In this document: positions 24,223 through 64,000 of the stretch, one piece after another
Numbering within the stretch: position 1 is the stretch's first letter
Layout: each line of letters begins with the position of its first letter
Assembly: GCA_963693365.1 (NCBI GenBank)
Contig: CAVNZM010000017.1
Coordinates: 4,383,375-4,447,374 of the forward strand
Source: Amoebidium appalachense
Lineage: Eukaryota; Protista; Ichthyosporea
Length of the DNA stretch: 64,000 bases
Direction of reading: 5' to 3'
Program-made: the position numbers and the translations under genes
The notes under the pieces: model-generated
The model's database searches: none
The model's input: only the letters and a program-made list of their open reading frames with translations
Told to the model about the DNA's origin: nothing

Positions 24223-26408
24223 ACACAGACATACACATATACACACACGAGGCTCACGCCTGCACGGCCGCACACGTACGTACACAGTGTCACATGCATG
24301 CACAAGTACGCACGCGTACAAGCAATGATGTCGACAAAGAGCGCACACACACACACGCATGCACGAACACGCACACATTCACACACACAAACACATGTAC
24401 ACAAACACACACACAAACACGCGCGCGCGCGCCCGCACGCACCCACACGCACACACACACAGCATCATATGCTATATGATTCACACGAATACACAATTTT
24501 CTCTGCTCCTGTGATATGCGTAAACACACGTGGTACACACGCAGGGATGCACGCACGAGCACCCGCACACACACCAGTACACACACACACACACACACAT
24601 ACAAACGGTGGCATACACAGAAATGTACCCGCACGTACACACACACACAGACACACACACCGTGGCACACAAAGATTTGCACGCACGTCTACGCGCACCT
24701 GCACAATGTAAGTTGCTGATGAACACACACGGGCACACGCACACGGACACGCACACACGCGCACACACCAACACACCCCGCTGCACACTGTGCATGCACA
24801 TGTAATGCTCACCCACACGAGTGAGGGGGAGGGGGTGAGGGAGGAAAAGAGGGATGAGAGTAGGAGAGGATCGTTAAAAGAATTTCAAACGATCTTTGTT
24901 TTTTGTTTTTTTTCAAACACGGTGTGAGTGCGCCTCTTTCACTCGAATCGGAACGTCACGAGTTCAAAATATCGATAGACTCTGTTCATTTGCCCGTCGG
25001 TACACAAACGCTGGCACCTAAAAACCTAGTTATCCTGTAAATCAAAAAGTAGATGCATACGAAGCTTTCACATTAATTAAAAGAATTCCAAACGATCCTT
25101 TTTTTTTTTTTTTCCAAACACGGTGTGAGTGCGCCTCTTTCACTTGAATCGGAACGTCACGAGTTCAAAATATCGATAGACTCTGTTCATTTGCCCGTCG
25201 GTACACAAACGCTGGCACCTATAAACATAGTTATCCTGTAAATCAGAAAATAGATGCATATGAAACTTTCACATTAATACATATCTACTTACCGGTGCAT
25301 TTACATATCCACAGTTGTCAAAAAATAGCCAGAATCCAGCTATACAGAGTCTACTGGTACTTATCCACACGTACTACATGACATATTTATATATAACTTA
25401 TCTACTCACATGTGCTTGTAACGCTCTCTATATATGGTCTGGTCCAAATAGCTGCTAGAGTATCCCATCTCGCGCTGAAATTCAATAAGCACACAAGCCG
25501 CTTAAAGAAGTATTTGCCCTGAGGCTCCCACCCTCTCTTCTCTATCCGACATGTCCCCTCCCCACCTCTCCCCTCTTTCCTTTCCTCTCTCTCTCCTTCT
25601 TCCCCGGGCACAAATACAAATAAACCCCGCAAAAGTGTGCGTGTGACTTTGGACTGCCACTTACTTATTAGACATGTACATAATCACAAAATAATTACGC
25701 AATATAACAAATGGAAAATGATACCACACGACACTAGACCCGATGAAAGTATACACCTTGAAAAACTAAGCCTTATGTCTCGTTTTATATATAATGACCG
25801 CCTTAACCATATTGCCAAGTATGGCACTCGCAAATGTGTAACACCTAAATACAATTACCTTCCTGTAGAATTGGTCTTTCTCTAGCTGATGGTATTATTG
25901 ATCACATACCACGCTTTTACTGTACACGTGCTATACAGATATAAGGTGGCATCGTTTGCATGCCCAAACAACACACGCACACACCAGTTTTACCGCAACA
26001 CACACGACACATTCACAACAGACACCCAGAAAGATAGCCTACCTGAAAATTACAACATCCTTGATTTTATGCTAAACACGCTAACTATGACCTGTTTACT
26101 AGATGTATTGATTGGCTTGAGAAACACATCATTACAAAAATTTAGCACACACACACACACACACACACACAACCAGCTGATACCGAGTGTCCTAGGGGAG
26201 CCCGAAAAAAAAAGAAAAAAAAAGAAGAAAAAAAACGGGGAACCCAACTATTTGATTTTGCCTCGTAGAGAAAGTAAACCCTGATATATAGTCATCACCC
26301 GACATCTATGTACGTGATCATGATATACCGTTGAGGGGATATTCCAGCAAAAACCCCCCATACCTGAGACTGGTCTCTCTTTGCCTCGAGTGAACAGCTT
26401 AAACCCCA
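22643..26408. repeat. Long inverted repeat: arms 22643-23594 and 25606-26408, ~2-kb spacer
   Basis: The arms are reverse complements at high identity with indels, and ORFs 22994-23767(-) and 25637-26284(+) share peptides. A 30-bp copy of the outer end also occurs at 14274-14303. Confidence 0.85.
24874..25277 (+). repeat. Tandem duplication of a ~200-bp unit
   Basis: 24874-25076 and 25077-25277 are near-identical (AAACACGGTGTGAGTGCGCC...TTTCACATTAA). Confidence 0.9.
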
Positions 26409-26696
26409 CATGTGCTTCATGATATTCAAGTGCATTCACGTACGTATATATCCATTTGATTTATACCTCCAGGACTTGTGTTGTGCCGCATATACATATA
26501 CACAAATATCAAATTTCAATTCAAATACAGTATATATACATATATACTATACATACACATATATACTACTCATCAACAACCACTTTTTTAAATACATTCA
26601 CATATATCCCAAAAATATATCTCCAAGTTTTGGGTTGGGGCAGTAGAAACAGTTGCTCCTCTGCAGTATGACGTCACCGTGCGACCTGTCATGACG

Positions 26697-39587
<12,891 letters not shown>

Positions 39588-40408
39588 TTTCCCCGTTTTT
39601 CCTTGATTCCTTTCACTGCTATTTCAATAATTCAGTAATTCGTTTTAGGTTTTCAAAAAAAAAAGTCTACTCGGACCGTATACTTATAAATGTTTCACTG
39701 GTTTTCGGGTGAGAAACCGTGAAAATAACCCGTGTCAAATGGGCTTAATTTGTCTTCTAAATGAATTGTTCTCAGACTGGATTCCTCAACCACCGTAGTG
39801 TTTGTGTATTTTGTAAAGTGTTTATGAAGGCTTATAGTTGATAAAAACCTTCCCTGAAGAATGATTGATTAAATAATCAAAGTCCGTCTGATATGTGTCC
39901 TGTACTGAACGTGTCACGTGTAAAACAAGAACCACAGACTGCACCCGGGATTCATAAGTAGTTTTCACGTGAACATAAATTCACCTACAACCCCAACACG
40001 ACGACGTTCGCTAGAGTGGTGTGTCCGTCCGAGTCTGTAAACGAGTCCTGAGTCCAGTATTCTTGGTTTCTGTGCATGTACATGTAGCACAACTGTCAAA
40101 CTTGCAATTGGCTGACGTCATTATGGACTTGTAGATGTGCATGTTGTTTGACAGAAGTGTCAGAAGTCAGTGAAAGTTGCTGACGTCACATGGCACGTGT
40201 ACTTGTTTAACTGCGTGAATCACATGTGCTCGATCGAGCCAATCCCATTGTGGTGGAAATAGACATTTTTGGTGATGGGCCACGTAATACCACCGCAGTG
40301 CTTCGACAGCTACACGTAGGGCTACGTGGTTGATTCTGGACATTGCGATACGTTCAAGCAAGCTGGAGGCTAACAAATAGCTGGTAGGGGTGGAGGATTT
40401 CTTTTTAA

Positions 40409-40477
<69 letters not shown>

Positions 40478-40898
40478 GGGGGCTCCGGAGGCCGGGGACG
40501 TGCCTAAGTGAAGAGAATCTCGAGTTCTTTATTCGATTATCGTGAAGATGCCATAGCTACATGCATGCTACATACATACGTGCATGTACATGTACAATTG
40601 GTTTTGCTGGTCAGCGTGTCTATGTGTATATATTACTACATACTATTATTGATCATTTTCTATACATACTGGGAGTCTCTGTGGATTATTAGTGCACTAT
40701 CTATGTAAAACTTGTCTGTTAGCTGATTATGAAGCCCTTTTTTTATTTTATCCCGTTTTGTTCCCGGAGGCACCTCTTGGGCCCTCAGGGGCAACTACCG
40801 TCTTCCACCCAGCACCGACAGTACTCTAGCTAGGGTGCTACGGTATTATTAGCTAAGCTGACACACCTTTAAACAATCCTAACTATATTTGCACACAC

Positions 40899-41685
40899 TT
40901 AGCCCAGGGTATTCACCCCATCCACGCCGGTGGGTAAGATGAAGCCCTCATAAAATACAATGAAGGTCTCGAGACCTGGGATGCGTACGCAGAACCTCGA
41001 GCTCCCCCCCGCCTTGCATGCCGCCTTAGACGTGTACAAAGACTCCCTGCACCCAGCAGACGCACACTTCCACGCCAACGCGTCGGCTGTCAGCGCACAC
41101 GAGAAGTCACACCACATGGGCCGGTCGTTGATGGGGGTGGGGCGGTATGCCCTGAGCGTGAAGCCGGTGAAGTGGTCATATGGCCCTGGGACGGGCACTG
41201 CGCCAGGGCTGGCCTGCCACCAGTTCTGAAACGATGAGTCTGTGGCGTTGTTTGGGCCGCATGGCTGCCCGGTGACGATCTGGCAGTCCTCAGGGTTCGA
41301 GAATAGCTGCCCTTGTGAAGACAAACATTGCACACCGTGGGCACCCTCTGCGTTTGTGAGGTCGCAGCTGTAGCTGGTGTCGTAGGTGGGGTAGGGGTCC
41401 CACAGGGAGAAGGGCACACTGGTGGAGCAGAGGGAGGCACACGTGGTCGTGCTGGCGAGGGCGGCAAGGGCGGCGGAAGAGGGCAAAGGCAACCACAGAA
41501 AGCCAAAGTCGCTGTGTGTGAGCTCTGTAGGTGGCAGGTTGGGTGAGGGGGGTGGGGTTGGAGCTGGGAGGGGCGTCAGGGGATATGGAAGGGGGAGAAG
41601 GGACGCGCATGGCGGGGTGGGAGGGGAAGAAGAGGGTCGGAAGGAGGGGTGTGGGATATGTGTGTATGGGCGGGGGGAGGGGTAG
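40899..41685 (-). CDS. Terminal exon of an unidentified Pro/Cys-rich, probably extracellular protein; upstream exons unresolved
   Basis: Microsatellite-free open frame 41685 to 40899 after the acceptor ATTATTTTCACAG (alternative acceptor at 41511). It has ~13 Cys and ends ...YEGFILPTGVDGVNTLG*. Confidence 0.55.
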
Positions 41686-41773
41686 CTGTGAAAATAATAT
41701 TAGTAATATCTCCCCTTTAATAACTTCAAAGCCTATAAGAAGGATGCGTAAAAATCAGTAGTTGGGTGGTTGT

Positions 41774-41808
<35 letters not shown>

Positions 41809-42529
41809 GAAGGCTGTGAGGAGGGGGAACGGGAGGGGGGGGGGGGGGGGGAGGTGGTGGTGGGGGAGGGGGGGGGGGGGGGGGGAGAAGGGATGGGGTA
41901 GGATGACCGTGGTAGTGTGTTTTGGAGTATAGTGGCAGGTAATCAAGTAGTTCTTGCATTTTAGGAACACATGGAATGGTTATGATCATATCTGATAAAG
42001 TCATGGCAGCCAATGCGGGTGTGTGCTCCCCCCCCTACCCCCCCCCACCCCCCCAAATGTGCCCCTTCTCCCCTCCCCTCTTTGCTCCTAGTCACTTTGA
42101 GTGACTGTTTCCCTGCGGCCCGGCTCAACATGCCTTGTATGTTGCTGCAGGCGACAGTCACTAGACAAAGTGCCTGATTGCGCAAGTTTTTTATTAAATT
42201 TACAGCATATGATTGGTTCAAAGTCGCATATATAATTTAATGGGAATTAAGAAGCGTTGCTATTGTCCAACATCAATTTAGGGAAGCGTTCCTATTGCCC
42301 AACAGAAAATACAGCATTCCTATTGGACCCGGCGTAGTAGTGCCCGGCAACTTACGTAAGCCAGTGGGTACATAGTCTTGGAGACTGCTTTACTCCCCCC
42401 CCCCCCCCCCCCCCCTCCCCCCCCTTCCCCCCTGGCTCCTTCCCCTGTCGCTGTCGGAAGGATCCACCTACTCTCATCTGGGTGGGTCCTCCCTCTCACC
42501 TCTCCCCTGCTAGCCGGAGGGGTGGGTGC

Positions 42530-42575
<46 letters not shown>

Positions 42576-42786
42576 ATGCAAAAGCAGAGTTATTCAAACA
42601 GCAGAACTGTTCTGTTAACAGCAGAATTGTCTCTGCTAAAGCATGATCAGAAATAAACTGCTCTATAAGAAGTTGGTGGTTCATTTCAAACGGGTCTAAA
42701 TAAAAAAGTGTGTGTGTGTGTGGAAGGAAGGCAGAGGAGGTGGTGGGTGGGTCAGAAGGTGGGAATTCGTAGTGGTGGATGTTTTT

Positions 42787-42817
<31 letters not shown>

Positions 42818-42971
42818 GGGGGAGGGGGGGGGGAAGGGGAAGGTGGGAATACCCGCGACCCCTACGCTCCTACCGTAAGCTAGGGGAGGTGTTTGTTGGG
42901 AGTTTTGTTTTTCGTTTAAAGTTTGGGGGGGGGGGGGGGAGGGGGGGAGGGCACCCATTCAAAAAGGGAAG

Positions 42972-43005
<34 letters not shown>

Positions 43006-43017
43006 TTCCTTCCCCCT

Positions 43018-43183
43018 GCCTGGGCGACACTTTGGCCTGCAACACCTTCTTGCATTGGTTGAGTTACCTGTTGTTTTACTATTAGGTACTTTTTTAGGAA
43101 GACAAACCTCCCTCTTCTTTTATTTAGACCGTTAGCACGGATCGAAAACCATCTAATCTTGCAGGCCAAAGTGTCGTCCAGGC
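43018..43183. mobile_element. Small MITE-like element with 25-bp inverted ends
   Basis: GCCTGGGCGACACTTTGGCCTGCAA and TTGCAGGCCAAAGTGTCGTCCAGGC (1 mismatch). Confidence 0.6.
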
Positions 43184-44611
43184 CAAAGTGTTGTCATCTC
43201 TAATTAAAATCCAGGTCGTCAAATTTGACTGGTCTAGGGTGAATATCGGGCAGGCCATAATGCACCCCCCCCCCCCCCCCCCCCCCTACTACCCTGGGTG
43301 ACAGGGGGGTCAGAGGGTTTGTATGACGTGGTGGGAGAAACAGTGTGTGCGTAATAAACAATCATTGTCGTGACCTTAGCTTATGACATGTGTTGGGAAA
43401 AAGATCATGTCTACTGTTACCAGTTTTTTTATCATCTTGGTGCATATGGTGTATTCGGGGGGGACCAGGGGGGGGGGGGGGGGGGGGGGTTTGTGGTATA
43501 ATTATTATAGTGTCCTGAGCTTGTTGCTTTGTGTGTTGGTCGAAAAGAAATCATGGCCACTGATAGCAGGATTTTACCAAATTGTTGCAAATGGTGTAGT
43601 ATCATGTGGTTTGTATGTTTTTATCGCCATTGCATTTACCTTACAGAAGCCATAATACGCCATTATGATATAGAGTAATCATCTTGTATTCTTAATCATT
43701 CTTACATCACAATGTTAAATTGGGTTTACATAGACTAAGTACCGCTCACATGGAATAAAACCCCCCCGCCGGCGGACAGCATATATATTTTGTATGTTTT
43801 AGTTGTCACTACGTTAAAGAACCATACACAGCAGCCAATTCATGTTATATTCGTAAATATCTTCTATGCAGGCGGCAGGCTGCGGCAGGTATGCTGTTTT
43901 TTTTATCATGATCATGAACCACTTCGTAGAATCCAATCCATACTTATTCATAGATTCATTACGCTGAATATTCAGTTTGATGGTTCTAAAACTATAAAAC
44001 CTAGGGCACTCGACCTGGTCAAGTGAAGTCTTTTTGATTTTACACAGTACCTGTTTCATCGGGGTCACAGTAGGGCGTTTCTTTCATGAATAATGTATTT
44101 CGACAAAAGCGAGCAGCCAATGAAAACCAGTGCCACTCACGGGTCCAGATATAGGCTGAGACTCGCAAATGATTTGTTGACCCCTTTAAATAACAGCATT
44201 AAACTTTTATTATTACCGCTATCACTATATATTTAAAAAGCAGTATTTTTGCTCACTTGCAGCTATGTGCTTAAGTGGCCCACTGCATGTGGCTGAATGT
44301 GTGTAGCTTGCACGAATAACGTCATTTAGCAAAAATAAGCAGCCAATCAAAATGCTTGGGTGCTTGTGACTTGCCGCGAATCCGCGATGATTTGAACCAC
44401 ATTCTGTAGAACTATCATTAAACTATAGAAAGGCCATCAAAAACAAAAAAATTAAACCTATTTTCATTTTAATGTAGTCAAGATTGCGGGATCTGGGCCG
44501 GAATCCTGCAACTTTGTGTGGATTCCCTTAGATAGATCTGCCAGTGCCCGTGATTGTCAAGCGTGAAAGGGATTACATAACTCTCTCTCGACACACCTCA
44601 CTGTATCTCTT

Positions 44612-44681
<70 letters not shown>

Positions 44682-45126
44682 CCCGCCCCCTCTCTCCCCC
44701 GGCTCTCTCCCTCTCTCTCTCCCCGAGCTCTCTCTCTCTTTCTCTTGCGCTCTCTAGCTCTCTCGGCTCTCTCCTTCTCTCTCTCTCGTTCTTCTCCCTC
44801 CCCGCTCTCTTTCTATCGCTCTCTCTCTCGCCCTCTCTCTTCCCTCCCCCTCCCCCCTCTCTCTCCCACTCCCCCCTCCCTTCCCCCACGCCCCTGCTAG
44901 CTGCCTCTTCCCTCTGTGCCCCCCTTTCCCCCTCCCCCCCCCCCCCCCCCCCCTTCCCCCAACACCTCCGCCTTCTTACTCTCCTCCCTCCACCTACGAT
45001 TGAAACACAGACCCCCTCAGCTGCCCATTCATTTTAGGATACTTATCATCGTTTCTCAAGCTTGTGTCATTGCACACTTAGAGTCGTCCAGATAGTCATA
45101 TACCCTCGCCACACACACACAACACA

Positions 45127-45229
<103 letters not shown>

Positions 45230-45356
45230 CATCCTTCCACACTAACCCCCCTCCCTCCCCCCGCCCACCCTTCCCCTCACACACACACGCACAATCGCGC
45301 GCATACACGCACACATACTTCCACTCCCCCCTCCTTTCCCCCGCCCCCACCCGTAT

Positions 45357-45387
<31 letters not shown>

Positions 45388-45431
45388 ACATACACACACA
45401 CACATGCCGCCATGCACTCCCCCTAGCCCCC

Positions 45432-45462
<31 letters not shown>

Positions 45463-45475
45463 ACGGCCCCTAACA

Positions 45476-45540
<65 letters not shown>

Positions 45541-45543
45541 GTG

Positions 45544-45578
<35 letters not shown>

Positions 45579-45800
45579 TACACACATGCTTCCACACCAA
45601 CTCCCCCCCCCCCCCACACACATACACACACAAAATCGCGCGCACACACACACACACATACTTCCATTCCCCCCCCTCCGCCCCTCCCCCTCCCCCTCCT
45701 CCCCCCCCATACACACACACATGCGCGCGTGCACGTTGCGCACACACACGTGCTTCCGTTCCCGCCTCCCCACCCCCTTCCCCACCACACACACACGCAG

Positions 45801-46144
45801 CTCACTGTGTCATCCGGTACTTCTTCAAGGCTGTAATCACCGTGACTCGCGGCAATGATGGCAACCAGCAGCAGCAGGGGCAGCCACCTCAGCAAGTGGT
45901 CATGCCTATGGCGCGAGTGGATTGGTACGGGCGACCGGACGAGCGGGAGGCCAAGAGGCACGGCATACGGCCTAGCGACGGGGTGGATGTGAGAACTGGC
46001 ATGTTTGTCGTGGCCAAGTCCAAAATTGTTGACGAGGATCAAGTGGTTCCAGCAACCCACCTCACCCGCAGAGCAACATTTGTCTATGTGCAATGGTCTG
46101 GTCGGCATCACCGGCATGCATACGCTATTTTCTTGCCCCCGTAG
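45801..46144 (+). pseudogene. Orphan terminal exon resembling the C-terminus of Plavaka/CACTA-type transposases
   Basis: After (CA)n-CAG the frame reads HCVIRYFFK...ARVDWYG...DVRTGMFVV...VVPATHLTRR, similar to the A-x-V-x-W...D-x-x-TGM-x-V motif. No upstream exons were found. Confidence 0.45.
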
Positions 46145-46446
46145 AACTCGCTCATAGCATTATCTCTGTTATTATTATTATTATTATTATTTGTAACGAA
46201 TAATTTAATTGCACACAGTTACGGAAAGGTAGCCCTACGTGCTTGTGCTTATTAGCACCTGTATGGTTTTGTGCTTTTCAGCATAAGTTTAATGTTGCGA
46301 AAGAGTGCCCATGGTGCACGTTACTAGTAAACTTTCTAAATTAGTTGCACATGTACATACGCTATGGGCTGCAGATGTGCGCATGCAGGGAAGAGGGGGC
46401 CTAATCCTTTTGTTGAGATCATGAATTCGCCACACCGGGGTTCCCA

Positions 46447-46480
<34 letters not shown>

Positions 46481-46537
46481 CTCAGAGGGGGAAGGGGCCT
46501 TGTTTGTCCGTGGGCACGTGCACGTGCTTCTTTCTTT

Positions 46538-46568
<31 letters not shown>

Positions 46569-49500
46569 GCTCCGGGGAAAGAAGAATCGTATGAGGACTG
46601 CTGCCTGGCTGCAGGGGGGGGGGGGGGGGGGGGGGCGGCAGGGAAAGAATTAATGCACTAATAAACACCATATAAATTGCTCCAAAAGAAGTGTCAATGG
46701 GGTGATTGCACGTTTCAAGTGTTGCACACAAGTAACTTGAACCAACACCATCCAATACACCGTCACTGCCATCACGGATTACCCCAGAACGCAAGACCAA
46801 TGGTAACAGCAAGGTAGAAATTAACGTGATACGTTGAAGCAACGCACCAAGCAACACTATCAATTACACGGTACCACGACTGTATGTGTGTGTACACACA
46901 CACACACACACACAAACTGAGATAGATAGATACACACATGCATGCACAATTTCAAACAAATAGGAAAACTCTGAAGTACCGTTGGAGGGTTTGTGGAAAG
47001 GGATGAAAAGGCGCGTGTGCAGGCGTTCGCGTGTTTGAATGTGTCCGCGTGTGATCACATGAGTGCGCTAGGGCGTGGCTATAGTAGGGTGTCACCTCAG
47101 TTTGCGTCTCACCCGCTGACGTACTGGGCCTGAGTGCAGGGCGCAGGCCTGCCGACGCCGCTGAGTATACAGTGGTGACGTCATCAATGAGACCTGGGAG
47201 TTATGTAGCTGGACCCAGGACTGCAGCTGTACTAAACAGGTGCACTGCATGCATACTTATACCAGAACAAAACATGGGTAAAATAAGGAAATAAAAAAAT
47301 AAAAATGATATGTGGTGCCGAAGTGGGCAATTTATTCATGTTGACTCATGGGACCCACGTGTAGCCGTGATGAGCGCACGGCACTGAACTGAAGTCATCC
47401 ATCTGAACGACGAGCCGAGTCTACTTGACACCACTGCAGGCCCGACAGATGGGAGTAGGGCAATAAAACTGGATTAACCAACGTCACGGGTGTTTCTTAT
47501 ATGTAACTACCAGTATATTCGTGCAAATGCATTTTCTTTACCTACATTGTAGGCGGTTGATCACTGTTTCTTGAAGAAAACTTCAAAAAGTTAGGATTTG
47601 TTTGTTTGCATTCTAAAACGGTTTATGGAACTCGCTTGTCGCAGGATAACCTGACTCGATTGGGCATCGCTTTCAACCTGATACGCAGCACGCAGATTAT
47701 GACTGGCTAGCCAGAGGTGTGCAATCTTTTTGGTAGTTACACCTATTACCATTATATGCGTTGCGCCTTTGTTAGAGCAAAACATTACTAAACAGCCTTT
47801 ATGTATAATACACAGTATTTCAAGAAATATTCGTACATGTATATGCACTAGTAGTCGTTTTTTTTCTTTTTTGGATGCCCACTGTCTTCTTATCCACTTA
47901 GCACCTCTTACACCAATTCAATATACTGGCAGCTTCTTAGTGTTTTGATTGGCTAACATCTCATGGTTCCGCCTTCAATTTGATCGCCGGCATAAGAGCA
48001 TTTCCCTCAGTCGTCCAGTCGTGTGCTATGAAGGAGTGAAACTCAAAGCAAAAACTAAAGCAGAAAAAAAGAAGGAAAATATAACAGTTACGCCGAAAAA
48101 ACAGCTACAAAAATATCATAATAACACACACAGTACCCATACTATCGTTCATCTTATGTGATTTACAGCAGAAACCTAAAATCTTGGGCCGTTTGCCCCC
48201 CATGAGACACCCAACTTTACAGCAGCCACTTTCGTCGTTCAGTTTATTTTTGCACAAAACCATTCCTTTTATTTCGTTCCAAAAAGTTAGCCTGGGGCCT
48301 TCCAGGCCATTTGAAAATACCAACATTACTTTATGAAGGGCTAAAGGTCCAAAAAACACAAGCACGGATAAGTTAATCTTCAGAAGGGAGAGGGGTCGGC
48401 AGATAGAAAGGGGACGGTCTCTCTGGTCTGCCCCAACTGAGGGTAAGAACATGCTTGTATGTCCATCTTCCGTGTCTTTTCGCGCGTTTGCTTTTCGTTT
48501 TTGTCTGTTCTGTGTTTGATGTGTATGGTTAGTGGTGTTTATGGGTGTTCCAAGCAGGAATAGTTTTGTCGATGAAAAATAATGCTGTGCTTAGCCCCCA
48601 CTCCAGGTGAAAGTAAAACTTGGCCTTTCAAGTACTGTTGAGTTTTTCTCCCCGCCACTCAACCTTTTCCCCCTCTAAGTCACTATGATGCTTTTGTACT
48701 TATTTGTGACTGAGTTTTTTGGAGGCACGCGAGATGATCACATGTGTGGTTCATTGTTTGCCCCTGCGTTGCTATCGTTCACAGTAGGACAATGGGTTGG
48801 TGTGAAAAACATGACTGTTTTCGTTGATTTCTACGTGGGGGTGTGTTTGAGCTGCAGCACATTGATTGGTGCATTATAAGTTCATGGAAAATCGTGCAAG
48901 GTCATTTTTTTATTATGTATGGCGGGACACCCTGTTTCATTCACGATGCAGCTGCGACTGCATCTCTTCACTTCGGCTCTTGCTCTTGCTCCATAACAGT
49001 CATTTCTCGAACTCTTGGCTGTTGTTTTTTTCCCTCCTCCGCAAATTCTTTTATGGGACACATGGGTGTGTGATAAAATTCTGAAGGGTACCTTTTACAT
49101 GTCTCTAATCTAAACCCCGGCAAGGTTCACATACTATGTGTAGCATTTTGGCCGAAGCATGGTTGTAGTTGTCTGGAAACCCACCGGGTGTGCTTTGGGA
49201 ATGGGCGCACCGCGCAGATGTGTAGTGAACATGCGTTGCGGAATGAGCAAGCATTGCGGATGTCCTTTTTCACAGTTGTTTTCCAGACAGTTGTGTTTGT
49301 TATTCGGTGGCTTTTCTTGTGTTTTTGTGTTTATGGCGCAGTTACATCTAGTGAGATGCAGTTGTTGTTTATCGAGAGATGGTTTCCACTTAGGTAGGAC
49401 GGGATATAAGGCACCGAAAAAGTAGGGTGTGGGGTTTCGTGAACATGTATAAACGGCTACCATATAGTAAAGCTGCTAAAGGGCCTAGAGCTTGCTGGTA

Positions 49501-49979
49501 AAAGGCAATGCTTGCGAAACTTGTATTACAATGAGTAAGAAAACTGCGCTGTTCGTTTCCTTATTTGTCATAAGTGTGCATTGTTTGCGCAAGCTAAGCT
49601 GAGGGGATTTTATTGCTTTTCCCCGCCTAACTAATTTGTTCTTTCTTTCAACTCCTTTCTTTATCTCGTGTTGTCTTCTCTCCTTTCTCTATTTTTTCCC
49701 CATCGTTCTTGCTTCCTTTTTCCTTCGGAGGGAGGGGGGGAAGGAGAGGGAGGTGGAGTCTGTCTGAAGGGTCGATCTTATTTGAATGCCCCCATCCCCC
49801 CCTCCCCCCCCTCCCCCCTCCCCTCCCCGTCCCCCCCCCCCCCCTCCCCCCTCTTCCCCCCCCTTTCCCCGGGAGGATGGGCTCTACTTACGATGCATTG
49901 TCTGTGTGCTTACTTCTTTTTGTCAAATCTGTGTTGTTGTTGTCTGTCGTGAATGTGTACTTCGTACCGTAACAGAAAG

Positions 49980-50029
<50 letters not shown>

Positions 50030-50342
50030 AAAAAAAAAAAAAAGAGAGAGAGAGAGAGAAAAGAAACGAGACAATTGGTGTCCGTATATTTGTGCTTATG
50101 CTTGGCTGTGGTTTTGTGGGCTTATATGTCGCACGCTCCCCGCCGCCAAATTGACCCTCCCCCCCCCCCCCCCCCCCCCTCTTCCTCCCCCTCTCCCCCT
50201 GTCTCCCCCCCCCCCCCCCCCCCCCCCCCCCAAACCCCTTTCTACGTGTTGGAACTAAATAGATCACACACTTGAAAACTTGTAAGATAAATTCATCATA
50301 ATAAACAAGCCTAAACAGGAATAAAGTCGAATACTAACGGAT

Positions 50343-63927
<13,585 letters not shown>

Positions 63928-64000
63928 GTGTGTGGGCCTTTGGTTTGCTTGTTTGATACACAACCATCTTCCCTCGAACCCCCTCTTCCCCCTTCTTCCC

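Noticed and set aside
47561-47710. Peptide resembling a hAT dimerisation domain (LHSK...RLSQDNLTRL)
   Set aside because: Flanked by stops, lacks ERxFS, and has no supporting transposase sequence.
48880-48965. Minus-strand THAP-like CIVNETGC...LHDFP
   Set aside because: Immediate stop, with no downstream W or C-x-x-HF.

Overview
Eukaryotic, intron-rich genomic DNA. Introns are packed with poly(C)/poly(G), (CA)n/(TG)n and (GA)n tracts, so nearly all ORFs in the supplied track are microsatellite artefacts. Manual splicing with phase checks gives four multi-exon genes. (1) RNase H2 subunit B: +, 11 exons, 303 aa, with an E2F/CCAAT promoter. (2) A secreted ~1216-aa protein with a Cys-rich module and seven bacterial-type SdrD-B/CnaB-like repeats: -, 3 exons. 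(3) A membrane-anchored alpha/beta hydrolase: -, 12 exons, 441 aa. (4) A phytochrome-like PAS-GAF-PHY-HisKA-HATPase gene: +, at least 15 exons, running off the window end. In this gene the bilin-binding, photoswitch and kinase signature residues all appear substituted while the reading frame is intact. The window also holds a partial Cys-rich gene, a probable Plavaka/CACTA-like transposase fragment, several MITEs, a dispersed repeat ending in poly(C), a long inverted repeat, and recurring tandem duplications of splice-site regions. Gene content and intron style suggest a unicellular opisthokont, possibly an ichthyosporean; this is inference only. All family assignments come from by-eye motif recognition, not database searches.
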